Assembly: GCA_051942205.1 (NCBI GenBank)
Contig: JAVECO010000015.1
Location: forward strand, 124,001 to 188,000
DNA length: 64,000 bases
Source of the DNA: Coniocarpon cinnabarinum
Lineage: Eukaryota
Direction: 5' to 3'
The position numbers were made by a program, and so were the translations under genes. The notes under the pieces were generated by a model. It was not told the DNA's origin and did no database searches. It was given only the letters and a program-made list of their open reading frames with translations. This document shows positions 37,401 through 49,245 of this stretch, one piece after another (positions within the stretch are counted from its first letter, which is position 1; every line of letters begins with the position of its first letter).

Positions 37401-38510
37401 CTATAATTTGGCTTTCAGAGCGCAAGTTGCAGCCTTCATCTCTGCTTGTACCTCTTTCACCACGTGTTTTGCCGGCGAAATTTTCTTCACCAATCCTACG
37501 CCTGTTCCTGCGTATGTTGTCATACGCCCTCGGGGTCCCCAACCTGCGTCACCCATCTTTTCTGCTTCCCTGTATCTCCTTGCGTTTTCCTCGACGCCGT
37601 CTTGACCTGTATTTAACCATTCCCCATAACTAACATTCACCACGCCTCGTCCACCGAAACGTTCAGGCCAGTGATTGGTACCCCTTAATTGATCGTACAC
37701 ACGACTCCGCACCGTTGATGTACCTCCATCATCCGCCCGTACGATCTCGTCTTTGTACCCATTCGCCACGTTCGCTTCGTCAGTGGCAAGAAACCTTGTG
37801 CCCATAGCGACGCCTGCTGCACCCGCCGCCATGGCAGCCGCTACACCTCTACCTTCGCTGATCCCTCCTGCTGCAACTACAAACGGCACATATGCGATTT
37901 CTCCGCGCTTGCGAGCATCTCGCAGCGCGTCCGCCGTTTCTGGCACCAGACTCGCCATACTACTACCGTGTTGGAGTCCGTGCCCGCCTGCGTCCGCACC
38001 TTGACAGACCACTACCTCCGGCCGTACCGCTTTCACGGAATCGATTATCTCGCAGACGGTCCCGGCTTGTATCCATACCTGCGGTGTTGGCTTCACACGT
38101 CTGATCGCGTCCGCCCATTCCTTCAGATCGACTGCTCGCTCCGGGGCAAACAGCCAGATTGCACACGGCGGCTTTGCAAAGCCATTCTCCTTCGCAGGTG
38201 TAATTGCAGAGGTGAGTTCGGACAAAGAAGCTTTGTGGGTTATGACGCCTACGCCGAGGGGCGTATAAGGATACTCATTGGGAATCGTCCTGAGGGGACT
38301 GGAAGCAAGAGCTTGGTGGCAAGAGGATAGCATCGAAGGGAGCGTCGAAACGTCGGTACCTGCTCCGATGAACGCAAGACCGCCTGCGCGAGTAACAGGA
38401 AGGGCGAGCGCGGGCGTGGAAATAAGACGCATAGGCGCCAAAGCAAGCAATGGTGGTGTCGTCCACGGGAAGTGAGCGTGGATGCTATCTCCACCGTGGT
38501 CACTGGACAT
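37401..38510 (-). CDS. Nitronate monooxygenase / 2-nitropropane dioxygenase family
   Basis: LAPM, AGGLAFIG, QGADAGGHG, VVAAGGISEGRG, GVAMGTRFLAT, YAGTGVGLV. Confidence 0.92.
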   Translation of the reverse strand: MSSDHGGDSIHAHFPWTTPPLLALAPMRLISTPALALPVTRAGGLAFIGAGTDVSTLPSMLSSCHQALASSPLRTIPNEYPYTPLGVGVITHKASLSELTSAITPAKENGFAKPPCAIWLFAPERAVDLKEWADAIRRVKPTPQVWIQAGTVCEIIDSVKAVRPEVVVCQGADAGGHGLQHGSSMASLVPETADALRDARKRGEIAYVPFVVAAGGISEGRGVAAAMAAGAAGVAMGTRFLATDEANVANGYKDEIVRADDGGTSTVRSRVYDQLRGTNHWPERFGGRGVVNVSYGEWLNTGQDGVEENARRYREAEKMGDAGWGPRGRMTTYAGTGVGLVKKISPAKHVVKEVQAEMKAATCALKAKL

Positions 38511-39416
38511 TGTGTATTCTTGTTATGACAGAGAGTTTGAACTCCGGGAGTCTTTTGCCTTCTCTAGGTTAGATAGGCTGACTATCTATCACAGTAAAAA
38601 GAGTGATTCGAAAAAGTTGCTATACTGGTCCATTAACCTGGGCTCAAGCGATATCTTTGAGCTCCTACTTCACTACAGCGTCTACGGGCCGAAGCTTTCG
38701 AGACGAGGACGGGGATAAAGATGAAGACTCGTGTCTGGCTGACGCTACAATCACTAGCTTACTCGTATTTGCACAGGCTAGGTACATCCCTCGGTTGTCT
38801 CAATCAACTTAGACACAGAACATATCTACCGATTTCGGACCAATATCGGAGGCCCAGACTTAACTGGTCACTTTCGCTGTGGTGGTTTGCGGAGACGATG
38901 CTATCTAATCCGAACCTCTTGGGCTTAGACAACACTTCTCTGATGTACTCAATCAAACCTGCAATGATAGAAAAATAGACTCGCAGCCAAGATGAGCGGG
39001 CGGTAACCGTATGCCTCATTCCGCGTCAGGGGCGGCACTGTATCCTCTTGACATTACCTTTGTCTATAATTGCTTTCTTAGCCGCAGATTTACATTTTTC
39101 ACGACTTGTAGACGAAGCGACGACATTGATGAAAGTGATCCGATAAAGTAAATACCGCATTCTCGGGCATCCCACGATTAGATCAACCAATTTGTCCCAG
39201 GACGACCGAATGCCCTGTGGTCGCTCAATACCGTCACCGTTTCCGGCTTCATCGCTCTGAGCAGACCAGAGCCCATCGTATAATATTGGCAGGACCACGT
39301 CCGGAGAGCAAGGCTTGAGCGTGTCAAACGGAACCTGGAACGCGTTGGCCGGCGCTCGTCCTTGGGACCTTTTCTTTTGTTGGTGAAGTAAAGTAAAGGG
39401 TTAACGCGCCGTCAAC

Positions 39417-40317
39417 ATGACGAACGCGCCGGATCGGTAAGTCGCAAGTACTTTCCTTCGCTGAAAGAGCATTCCCATCACCATCGTCTTGAACGTTACT
39501 GGAGATACCGGGCGTACCAGGGCGATCTTACTCTCCAAGAACGAGAGCGTGCTTGTGGCGCAAACTGTGATACTCTGGCTTTCTCGCTGGGATGGCTTGA
39601 GGCCTCAAAGTTCGCTTGAAGACTCTGCAATAACACCTATTATAAATGCTTTGATCCAGCTGTTTCTTCGGGGTCCTCGAGATGTCATAGCGCACGGATG
39701 TCATCCTCTGCTTGATCAGCTGGCTTAAGCTCGCAAGAAAAAAAAAACGAAGTCTGCAACAGATGCAGAGCACTAATCCCTGATGCGGGAGCGTCGATTT
39801 GTCTACACCATCCTGACCGTGTTCATCCAGATTCGAGCTCTTCCTTCGGGAACCGGGCGAGAAGTCCGTAACCATGCACTCTGAGACGCGTACGTACCCT
39901 TTACTCTCTCTCTCTCTCTCTCTCTGTTGCCTATTTCAAGCTATCCCATTAAGCAGCGGCCCGCTCAAAAAACTCGCTCGTCCGGTTCATCACACTAACC
40001 TCTTCCGCCCTGTAGGCGTTCCCAACGCAGCCATCTTCCACTTCCACAAAGAAGACCACACACTAGGCAACCTGTTACGAGCCCAACTGCACAAAAATCC
40101 ACACACACTCTTCTCCGGCTATAAGGTGCCGCATCCGCTGTTTCCGCATTTCGAGCTGCGCGTGCAGACGGACGGCGAGGTCAGTCCGAAGGAGGCGGTG
40201 TTGGGGGCTTGTGAGGAGCTGGTGAGGGAGTTGAATAGTCTGAGTGATACGTTTAATAGTGAGTGGGAGTTGAGACGGGTCACGGAGATGGGTGGTGGGG
40301 GTTTCGACGGGGCTTGA
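39417..40317 (+). CDS. RPB11: RNA polymerase II subunit Rpb11, 126 aa (exons 39417-39436, 39831-39889, 40016-40317)
   Basis: MTNAPDR|FELFL...R|VPNAAIFHFHKEDHTLGNLL...FSGYKVPHPL; intron phases consistent. Confidence 0.95.
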
Positions 40318-40775
40318 GTTGTGCAGTGGGATGGAACAGAGGAATCTGGGGTTTGACATGGTGATGTTGGGGGATGGAGTGTTGTGGGTGGTTGAGGTGC
40401 CGCTAAGACCTCTTCTGTATCTGTGTTCTCGATGTGGCCGGAAGACATTGTCTTTAATACAGTCTTCAATAGTGAGGAACATCGCCAACGAGGCAGCATT
40501 CTGGTACGTCTTGCAACCTGTTCTCGAATAACTCCTACAACTGCGCATGGGGATATGAGCTGCACGGATGACAAAGTCGTGGCAGTAACTCAAACACAGA
40601 CTGAGAGGACGTATTAATGCACTGATCAGATATACAAAGTCATACCGCCCTTCATGACCACTGATCCTCGTCTCAATCTCCTCACACCCAAGCACTACGA
40701 ACTTATCTTTTCAGCATTCTCATGGATGTACACAACACCCACACGCGACCCTTCCAACGCCCTTGAGCCTGAACA

Positions 40776-43700
40776 TCATCCCAACACCCTCCCAGCAACA
40801 GAACTCGCACTCCGATCCTTCGTCTGCACCTTCTTGAGTCCCTTACCCGCTTGAATCTGTCCAAGCAACGCTCCCCGATCACCACTCGGCGCCGCAGCCT
40901 GTTGAGCACCCACCGCCGAGTCTTCATCAAATGCCCCCGGCATTTTAGGCGTAGGAGGAGCCATGCCAGGCATTGGCGGCGGCGGCGGCGGCGCACCGAC
41001 CGACGGAAGAGGCGGAGGAGGCGGCGCACCTGCACTCGGCATAGGCGGTGGAGGAGGGGGACCAGAACTCTCGGGCATAGGAGGCGGCGGGGGAGGAGCC
41101 GCTGAAGGCGCACTTTCAGCCTCTGGCCGACCAGGAAGCGGGCTAGACAGTCCCGCTGCAGCTAGTTGCGCGCTCTCTTTGGGGCTCTCGGGTCGCTCGC
41201 CTTGGCTTGATAGAGGTCGGGGTGGACCCATTGTCCCGAAGAGGATGCTGGCCAACTCTTTGGCACCGCCAGGACGGCTGCCGCCTTCTTCTTCGGACTC
41301 ACCTTCGTCGGAGGAGACTTGGCTCCAACTGTCTGAGCTGAGGGCGCGGCGACGAGAGCCGGTTGCCGTTGTTTGGATGGGAGCGGCGGCTGGAGCCGTG
41401 TCTGTAGGTTGAGTGGGTTGTGTGGCGGCCATGCGGTGGAATGGGTTAGTTTCCGTTTGGGTCGTGTTAGACGGAGTAGAGGCATTGGGATCAGTGGACG
41501 CCATGCGTTTGAAGAAGGGGTTCTTCGACTCCGTGCTAGTCGTTGAGGCGGGCGGCGGCGAGGTGATGCCTGAAGACTTAGCGGTTGTGTCTTCTGCCGG
41601 AGTCGACATAGTTGGGAGAGGTGGTGCCGCTGGCGGACTAGTGGGTGCAGCACTGGCCGGAGGCTGCGTAGGATCTGGCATCTCTGCTCGCGGCAGCTCT
41701 TGACTTGCGACAGGCGTGTCCTCGTTGGGTGTCAACTGTTGTGGTCCTTCATCATCGCTTGAGTCTTCTTCCAGCTCTTGCAACTGCCGTTGGAGCTCCT
41801 CCTCACGCTGACGAGCGGCCTCAATCTCTGCACGCTGAGCAGCAAGATGAGCCTCACGAGCTTTGGTCTCTTCAGCTTCTCGGGCGGCGGCCTTCTTGCG
41901 GGCTTTCTCCTCTTCTTTCTTGAGTTTGCCCTGACGCACACGCTCTTCAAGGGCTCGTTGACGTTCTTCCGCTTCACGGCGCTGGGTGACAAGCTCATCT
42001 TCCTGGCGATTGGCCTCGGACCTGGCTGTTGTCAGTATCACTGTTTGAATGTTTTGGTCAGGAGGAACTTACTGCAATTCACGGGTCTGTTTTTCTTGGG
42101 CCTCTTGTTGCTCTTTGATCACTTGCTCTTGGATGGCATGCTCAGCTTGCTTTTGCTCTGCCTCGGCTTGCTGCTGCTGTCTTTGCTGAAGAGAGTCACC
42201 GCGTTTGCGAGATGGCGGTGCTGGAGGCGGCTTCTTGCCAGTTCGTGCGGGTGTCGGGGGGGTGATGCCTTCGACTTCAAGCCGCCGTCGCCTCTCCTGT
42301 TCCCGTTGTGTGTCCTCGGCTTCAGCTTGTTTTTGACGTGCTTCACGATCTGTCTGTTCGCGAGATGCATTATCTTGATTGACTGCTCCACCCTTGGCTG
42401 GAACACTCAATCCCAATGCCGCCATGCGTTCTGCCATCCGCTGCTGAGCTTGTTCTCGCAGGAATGCCGCACGCTCTTCGGGTGTCTTATATGCATTGTA
42501 TGAACCCCCTGCCGGGGCAGGTGAGGCTGGTGACCGCGTACCATCCGACAGTCCAGTGCTTTCAGTACGGCCATTGGGAATGGGAGTCTCCGTGAGAGGT
42601 GGAGCTGCTCGCTGAGACTGCCGCGGGGTATCCTCTCGTCGAACACGTGAAGCTCTGCTGCTACGCTGCAAGTCAAAGATGAAGTCCCGAACTTCGTCCT
42701 CAACGCCAAGCGCGTCAACCCAACGTCTTCTCTCATGATCGTCAGCTTCATTTGAGCCCTCCTTGAGCGTATCCTCCACTCCTCTACTGTAAGTTGAGAC
42801 ACTCTCTTCAACGTCTCGTACCATACGATCATTGTTGTTTTTCTCTTGTTGAACCCGAGAGCTCTCTTCTTCGAAGCGTTTCGTAGATGCGGCAGAGTCG
42901 TCTGTAGCATCAGCTGGCGCTGACTTGCCCGATAGCGCTGCAGAGCGTTGCTGCATCATGGCTTTGGCCCGAGCTTTGAGCTTGTCAGATTCAGTCACAG
43001 CGCCACCTGGACCAGTGCCAACGATCGCTTGAGAACTACCCGGGTGTGCTTTCGCGTCTTTCATTCGGAAGAGCTCCAGTTGAGTGTCCATGATAGTCTT
43101 CTCCGCTTTTCGCACTTGTGAAGCCAACTCTGGCAATCGATCTTGCAATCGTTGCAGCTGACGTTTCATGTTTCTCCTCTCTGAGCCTGAATCGCTCGAC
43201 TGAAAGCTAGAATTTGGATGAGCGTCGATGTCTTCTTGTATTCGTCTGATGCGGCTGTACGTGTCTTCGGCGTCTCGCCGATCCTTTCGATCCAGGGCGT
43301 CATCTTGGCTGGCCTGATTTTCGTCCTGGAAGTCAATGGCGTCCAACAGCACCTGCTTCTCGCGAATTTTCTTCTGTAGCTGATCCAGTGACAAGTCGTC
43401 AGCCATCTCGGACGCGGGCGATGGTGTCTGTGCGGGAGACGGCGAGCGACCGCCTCCTCCGAGGCGATGTCTCGCACTTGATTTGTAGCCAACATCATCA
43501 TCGTTGTTCTTAAATACTGTTGCGTCTTTTCGATTGGATTTGTTTCCGCTATTGCCCATGCTTCCGAAGGAATGACTCTTCAGGTAGCTGACGCCAGTCT
43601 TCTGGGGCTGCAGGTAGTCCATGTTACTTCTTCGCTCCTCTGCATCCCGCGATAACATTGATTTCATTGAGCTTATAGACGAGCTCAGGTTCCGAGTCGA

Positions 43701-45391
43701 TGGCGGTACCAGCTCTGGTGGTAGTCGCGCCGGTACAGGGTATCCGTTCAACTTCCGATAGATGAGATGCATCGCTACGGCGAACTCGTCCAGGTCGAGC
43801 CGGCCACGGTTTGACGGGTCTGCAAGAGTCCAAATACGTTCTAGGTCTGGCCTTTCCAACCCGCTTTGACCGAATATCTCGATGCACTGATTGCCTGTGA
43901 TGTAGCCCTTGTTAAATCCATCCCACACTTTGAACAAATCGTCGTATATGCGTTTTTCGTCTTTCGTGACAGCCCAGGGCACTGTTGCATTTCCTCGTAG
44001 ACCTGACGTTGTGAATGCGCCTTCTCTGCCAGGCTGAGGCATCATTTGCTGCCTCAATGCGTCAATGTTTGGCAGCCCAGACGCAGGGGCATTAACGAGA
44101 CCCCATTGGCCGGGCACGCCAGTAGGTTGGGCGTTGAGCGGTGCTGCGGCAGGTTGAGAGAAGCCAGTAGGCATTGGTGGCATCGGAGGCCTTGGCCCTT
44201 CGTAGCCTGCGGCGGTCGGATTCTGTGAAAGGCTAGTTCGTTGTGGCAGCATGCCCGTTGGCTGTGGCTGCTGGAACCCCGTCTGTTGAGAGGCAAATGC
44301 AGTTTGTTGTTGTTGGATGCCCGGTGAGAGACCTGGAAATCCGGTCGGCTGTGGCTGCAGGGAGCCAAGTAATTGGGAATTTGATGGCTGCGATTGCTGA
44401 GGGGTATCAAAGCTTGGAGCATTTGTATTTCTCGCATGGGGTGGTTGATCGTCTGGCGCAGCGAATGAGATGATGTCAACCATGCTAGAAACTTCATTCT
44501 GAATCTTGTCTGGAAGCTTCGTTGGTATTTGCTTGCCCACAAGCGCTAGATTGCATAGGTACATCGCGAGAGCGAATTCCGGGAACATCAATTGACCAGA
44601 CTTGGTAGTGTCAGATAATGCCCAGACGTCGCCTAAAGTGTTGCCCGGCAGCTTTGATCGCAAGAGCAAGTCCCTCGCTTGATCGCCAGACAGAGCTTGA
44701 CCACTGCCCACAGCAGACTTGAAAAGCTGCTCGAACTTGGCCTGGTCTTCTGCAGTTATGAACGACAATCTCTGCCTGGGTATCCTTGTGCCTGTGGTAC
44801 CTGTCGCTTGCGGCATCGGAGGCTCTGGTTGACTTGTCTTGAACGAATCTGCCATCTGAGACGAGGTCATACCGGTAGGTTGTGGACGTTGTCTAGGAGC
44901 AGCGGCTGGGGGCGGAGGAAGACTGTTTAGACCGGTTGGCTGTACCTGTTGCTAACGAGCATCTGTGTAAGTTGTCTGTACCCCGTCTGGTACCGTTCCG
45001 GGTGCAAAATGCTCACCTGCTGCGGTTGGCTTGGAAAGCCGGTGGGTTGAGGCTGTACTTGAGACTGTTGCTGCTGAAATTGCTGCGGCTGGCCTGGATA
45101 TCCAGTCTGCTGTTGTTGGAGCTGAGGAGCAGACTGCTGAAACTGTAATGGCTGCTGTCCTCCCATGCCTGGGAAACCGGTGTATTGAGATTGCATTGGT
45201 TGCGGCGGTTGTTGTTGCTGCTGCTGCTGGCCAGGATATCCAGTCATCTGCGGTTGCAATCCCCCTCCAAATCCGGTAGGCTGAGGGCCAAGTGTGCCCA
45301 TCTGTTGCTGTCCGCCGTACTGTCCGCCATATTGAGGACCATTCCGGCCAGAAGGGGCGCCTCCCTGGAAAGCGCTTGAACCAGAAAACAT
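40776..45391 (-). CDS. PAN1: Actin cytoskeleton-regulatory complex protein Pan1 (3 exons)
   Basis: QPTG repeats, two EH domains (DQAKFEQLF...[20 protein letters not shown]...DEFAVAMHL), coiled coil, poly-Pro, WH2 [14 protein letters not shown]. Confidence 0.95.
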
Positions 45392-45789
45392 CTTGAGAAA
45401 TCTGCAAGCGCTTTGACAGCAACAGCGCTCTTCAGACACCAATGGAGCGCGTACTGCGCTTACAGGGACGTGGGACGGATCGTAATGTAGTATGCTGGGG
45501 GCCTTCAGGAGCAGAGACTGAACATACGAGCAGAGCTGTACCTTAGCACGCTTAGGTAGGCGCGTCATCCCCGATAGCTGTGGCGCATGGGAAGTGTGGC
45601 GGTGCGTCACTTGCCAAGCGCTGTTGGCCTTGAACCGAGCGCGTCACGTGTAACGAGATCCAAGAGCACGTAGTTCCGCCATCTGCTGTACAGGTTGTCG
45701 GACGTCGTTCCATGCACTGCCCTGCTTGCTCGGAGCGACATTGAGTGCATAAGCAACTCTCAACATTCAAAACCCACTCACTGTTCGTG

Positions 45790-46096
45790 ATGCCCTCTGA
45801 GGAGCCTTCATCTCGCGCTGACGCAGACGCCGGGGACGACAACGACAACTTGGCTGAGGTCAATAAGTCTTCATCGTGACGGCCTACATCTCAACATTGA
45901 CACTTTGCAGGCCTTCAGACAGATATCGCGTGGGGAGCAGACCGCCACCGCACTCGAGAACCAGCTGTCCTCCATCGAACAAAAGATTGACGATCTGCTC
46001 GCCCGGGCTGATCGAGATCAGCAGGAGCTTGAGCGCCAAGCGGAAAAGTCAGAAATAGCTAAAGATGAGGCTGAGACTAAAGAATCGAAGAAATGA
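45790..46096 (+). CDS. Small 84-aa coiled-coil protein (exons 45790-45858, 45911-46096)
   Basis: MPSEEPSS...NLAE|AFRQISRGEQTATALENQLSSIEQKIDDLL; intron with weak GTCAAT donor, TTGAC branch, TTGCAG acceptor. Confidence 0.65.
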
Positions 46097-46215
46097 TTGC
46101 TTTTCCTAGAGCCCCCGAGTGAAACTTTCACAAGACCTCAAAACTATATCGAACACGGTCATTATTCTGTGAGGAGCATGTTGGACGATGCCCCGTATAT
46201 ATGCCTCGAATTGGC

Positions 46216-47919
46216 TCACACGGCTACCCCTCCGCTATCATGTTGACGAGGCTCGCCAGCAGCTGTGAAGGTTCCGTTGGTCAGCCGCAGAAGTCCCTGA
46301 GCGGTACTACCTCCTGGGGCGGTGTAAGTGACATTACTGCCGCGACTTCTCAGGAATTCCGCGGTCTCGTTGTTATACGTGTACTCCAACTGGACTCTAT
46401 TGGGCGACAGCTGGTCATGCAGTCGCGGCTGCGCCAGCGCCATCGCTATGCTCATCCCTTGGTCCAGAACGTGCCACACGGTCTGTGCAACAGCGGTGAT
46501 GATCTGCGAACCTCCGGCTGAGCCTGTGGCTAGATATACAGTGCCGTTGGCTAGCCACTCAGCAATCGTCGGTGAGATAGATGACAACGGTCTCTTGCCA
46601 GGCACGATGTAGTTAGCCGGCGAAGGCCGGTACCCGAATGCGTTTGACGAACCGGGGATCGAAAAGTCATTCATCTCATCATTCATGATGACCCCAGTCT
46701 CCGGGATCATGACCTCACTTCCAAAAAGCAAGTTCACTGTGGTCGTCAGGGTGATTGTCAGACCCGATGCGTCTGCAGCAGTGATCTCTGACGTGCCATG
46801 ATCTGACAGGGTGCTAAACTGTCCAGGGTCATAGTACGATATGTTGTTGTGAGTGACGTCCGTGATCTTACTGCGGACCTCATCTACAGTTTGTTCACTG
46901 AGCATGGCATTTTCGTAGTCGTACAACCCTACGACAAATTCTGGATCGCCAAGGTTGGTCCTTTGTCCATATGCAAAACGCATGGCTTCATTGAGGTAGA
47001 AGGTGCTCATGTTGATTGCCGCGGGGCTGCCCACTTCCGGATATCCCTCCAGAATCTTTAGAATCGACAGAGCCACCTCACCACCGGATGGGGCAGCGCA
47101 GGAAGTAATCTTGAAGTCGCGGTAGGTTATCTCAGCTGGTTTCCTGATGGCCACTGTATAGTTCGCCAAATCCTCCAGCGTCATCGTGCCACCAGTGCTC
47201 TGCAATGCGGCAATGGTTGCGTTCGCGATAGCGCCCCCATAAAAAGCGTCTGGCCCGTAGTTGGCAATAGTTTCCAAGGTATCAGCGTAACGCTTGCGAT
47301 ACATAGTGTCATTCAATTGGACCAGAGTACCATTCGGCGCGAAATCGATCGCCCATGAAGGATCATCAATCAAGAAAGTTGTCGGGGCAGATTCAAGACC
47401 CTCGTTGATGTAATTTACAAGATCCTCAGTCACGGGAAAACCGAATCTCGCCAGCTCGATCGCAGGTTGCATCACGGTCGCCCACGGTAGCTTGCCGTAG
47501 TTCTCATGGATATACTGCATTCCACGCAGCTCGCCAGGCACGCCGCTGGCAAGGCCGCCGTACAGGCTCAGATCGGGATCGTTGCTGTACATATCTTGGA
47601 AGGCTGCAGCGGGCGCGGTTTCTCTGAAATCAATCATCTCGTAGCTACCATTAGGAGCTCGCAGAGTGGCAAAGCCGCCACCGCCAATGCCTGAATGATA
47701 CATGCCTTGGACACCGACACAGAAAACGGTGCCCACAATCGCATCAGCGGCTGATCCGCCCGCTCGAAGGAGATTTGCCCCAATGTTGCTGCAGCTGAGC
47801 TTCTCTGAGGCCACGGCTCCCAGCTCACATTCCGCAGCTGTTCGCGCCACGGCCTGAGGGAGAGCGGTTCCCAGCTGCCAGAGCAGCAGAGCCAAAAACC
47901 CTTCCGCAATCATTGACAT
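46216..47919 (-). CDS. Gamma-glutamyltranspeptidase (secreted or membrane-anchored)
   Basis: Signal-like N-terminus, GAVAS, SGIGGGGF, IDFRETAP, GVPGELRG, autocleavage GTS, NDEMNDFS, PGKRPLSS, GSAGGS. Confidence 0.95.
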   Translation of the reverse strand: MSMIAEGFLALLLWQLGTALPQAVARTAAECELGAVASEKLSCSNIGANLLRAGGSAADAIVGTVFCVGVQGMYHSGIGGGGFATLRAPNGSYEMIDFRETAPAAAFQDMYSNDPDLSLYGGLASGVPGELRGMQYIHENYGKLPWATVMQPAIELARFGFPVTEDLVNYINEGLESAPTTFLIDDPSWAIDFAPNGTLVQLNDTMYRKRYADTLETIANYGPDAFYGGAIANATIAALQSTGGTMTLEDLANYTVAIRKPAEITYRDFKITSCAAPSGGEVALSILKILEGYPEVGSPAAINMSTFYLNEAMRFAYGQRTNLGDPEFVVGLYDYENAMLSEQTVDEVRSKITDVTHNNISYYDPGQFSTLSDHGTSEITAADASGLTITLTTTVNLLFGSEVMIPETGVIMNDEMNDFSIPGSSNAFGYRPSPANYIVPGKRPLSSISPTIAEWLANGTVYLATGSAGGSQIITAVAQTVWHVLDQGMSIAMALAQPRLHDQLSPNRVQLEYTYNNETAEFLRSRGSNVTYTAPGGSTAQGLLRLTNGTFTAAGEPRQHDSGGVAV

Positions 47920-49245
47920 TGTCACAGTCCTGCGGGAGTACGCGCGTATAGCTGCTTCTCCGACAGAGCCCGGAGTCCAGCACAAGCAACACCACCCGGC
48001 GGAAGACAATGGTCTTCAAGACTCGGGTGCAAAGCTGTCAAAATTCCAGCAACGTCTGGTAACTCTGGATGAACTGATAAACAATGGCATCATATGCGTG
48101 CATAGGCCAATGAGATCGCTATGTTCCTACGCCACCGACTGAAGTAGTTTAGGGTGCGCCCCCTCCGACTCAAGAGACGAACGCACACACGACCAAATGC
48201 CAATGCACTCTATACGGTTTGCTACGAGACTGCTCCTGCTGAAGCATTTGTCTCGTCTACATCCTATTTTGAGCCGTTCACGTCAGGCAAGTTGAGCGCT
48301 TGGTTCCGAAGGCAGTGCCAGCCATGTCTCAGACCAAAGCATCTTGCAGGTCTCTTTTGCACGACCATGCTCAGCTATCCGATGGTAATTTTTGAGCCTG
48401 GCCCCCGGAGGAGCCCCAAGGCATTCGACTGAGCGTCTCTGTGCTACGGGACTGCTCAGTGGGCACACGCATCTGTGGCGACGTGCAAAAATGCGCCCAG
48501 GCCCTATCACGTCCGTGATCTAGTATTCACAAGAGCTCATCTCGCCAAGATACATCCGATCCTTGGACACACACAAGAAGAAGGTTACTCTAAACTACCG
48601 CTGCGGGTTGAAGACGCCATGCGCAACATGCTTCGTGCTTGATCGACTATCTTTGTGCCAGCATCTACCGTTGGTAAACCTCTCATCTGATCTGCACTAA
48701 GGTCCAAAGAGGTTAGCAACGAGCAGCCTCTAGCCCCTTTCCAGAAGGTAACTGTGAGCTCATCCTGGACATGCGCAGAACTTGTAAGGTGCTGTGTAGG
48801 CACTCATGCAGTATGAGTTCACGTGTGCCAGATAGTTGACCTCCTCCTATCTCGGTCGATGTACCAGCGATGTCATACAAAAAGAGCACCTGCCGTGGCG
48901 AGGGGATGGAGCGAAGGTACGGTGGCACGTTGGTCTCTTCACAGAGCTTTGTAGGCTCAATACTTGCCCAAGCGCTGTGTGCGTGGGAAGTGGACTTAGA
49001 AATACAGCTATCTTGAATACGCTGACAGTAAGTTGTCCTTGTTGGTTTCTCAATTCGCCTTTCCTGGCCTTCAGTCTTTCAGTGGTTTGGTATCAAATTC
49101 ATGCCTGCATAGTACCAAAGTTGTCTCTATAATGCAGCGCGCTTGCTCGGTCAAGTCTGTTGAACAGAGAGTATTACAGAATACATGAAAATTGCTGACG
49201 ATTCTGTTGTGTGAAGAATATTTCCCGACAGCGTGACGAGTAGCG

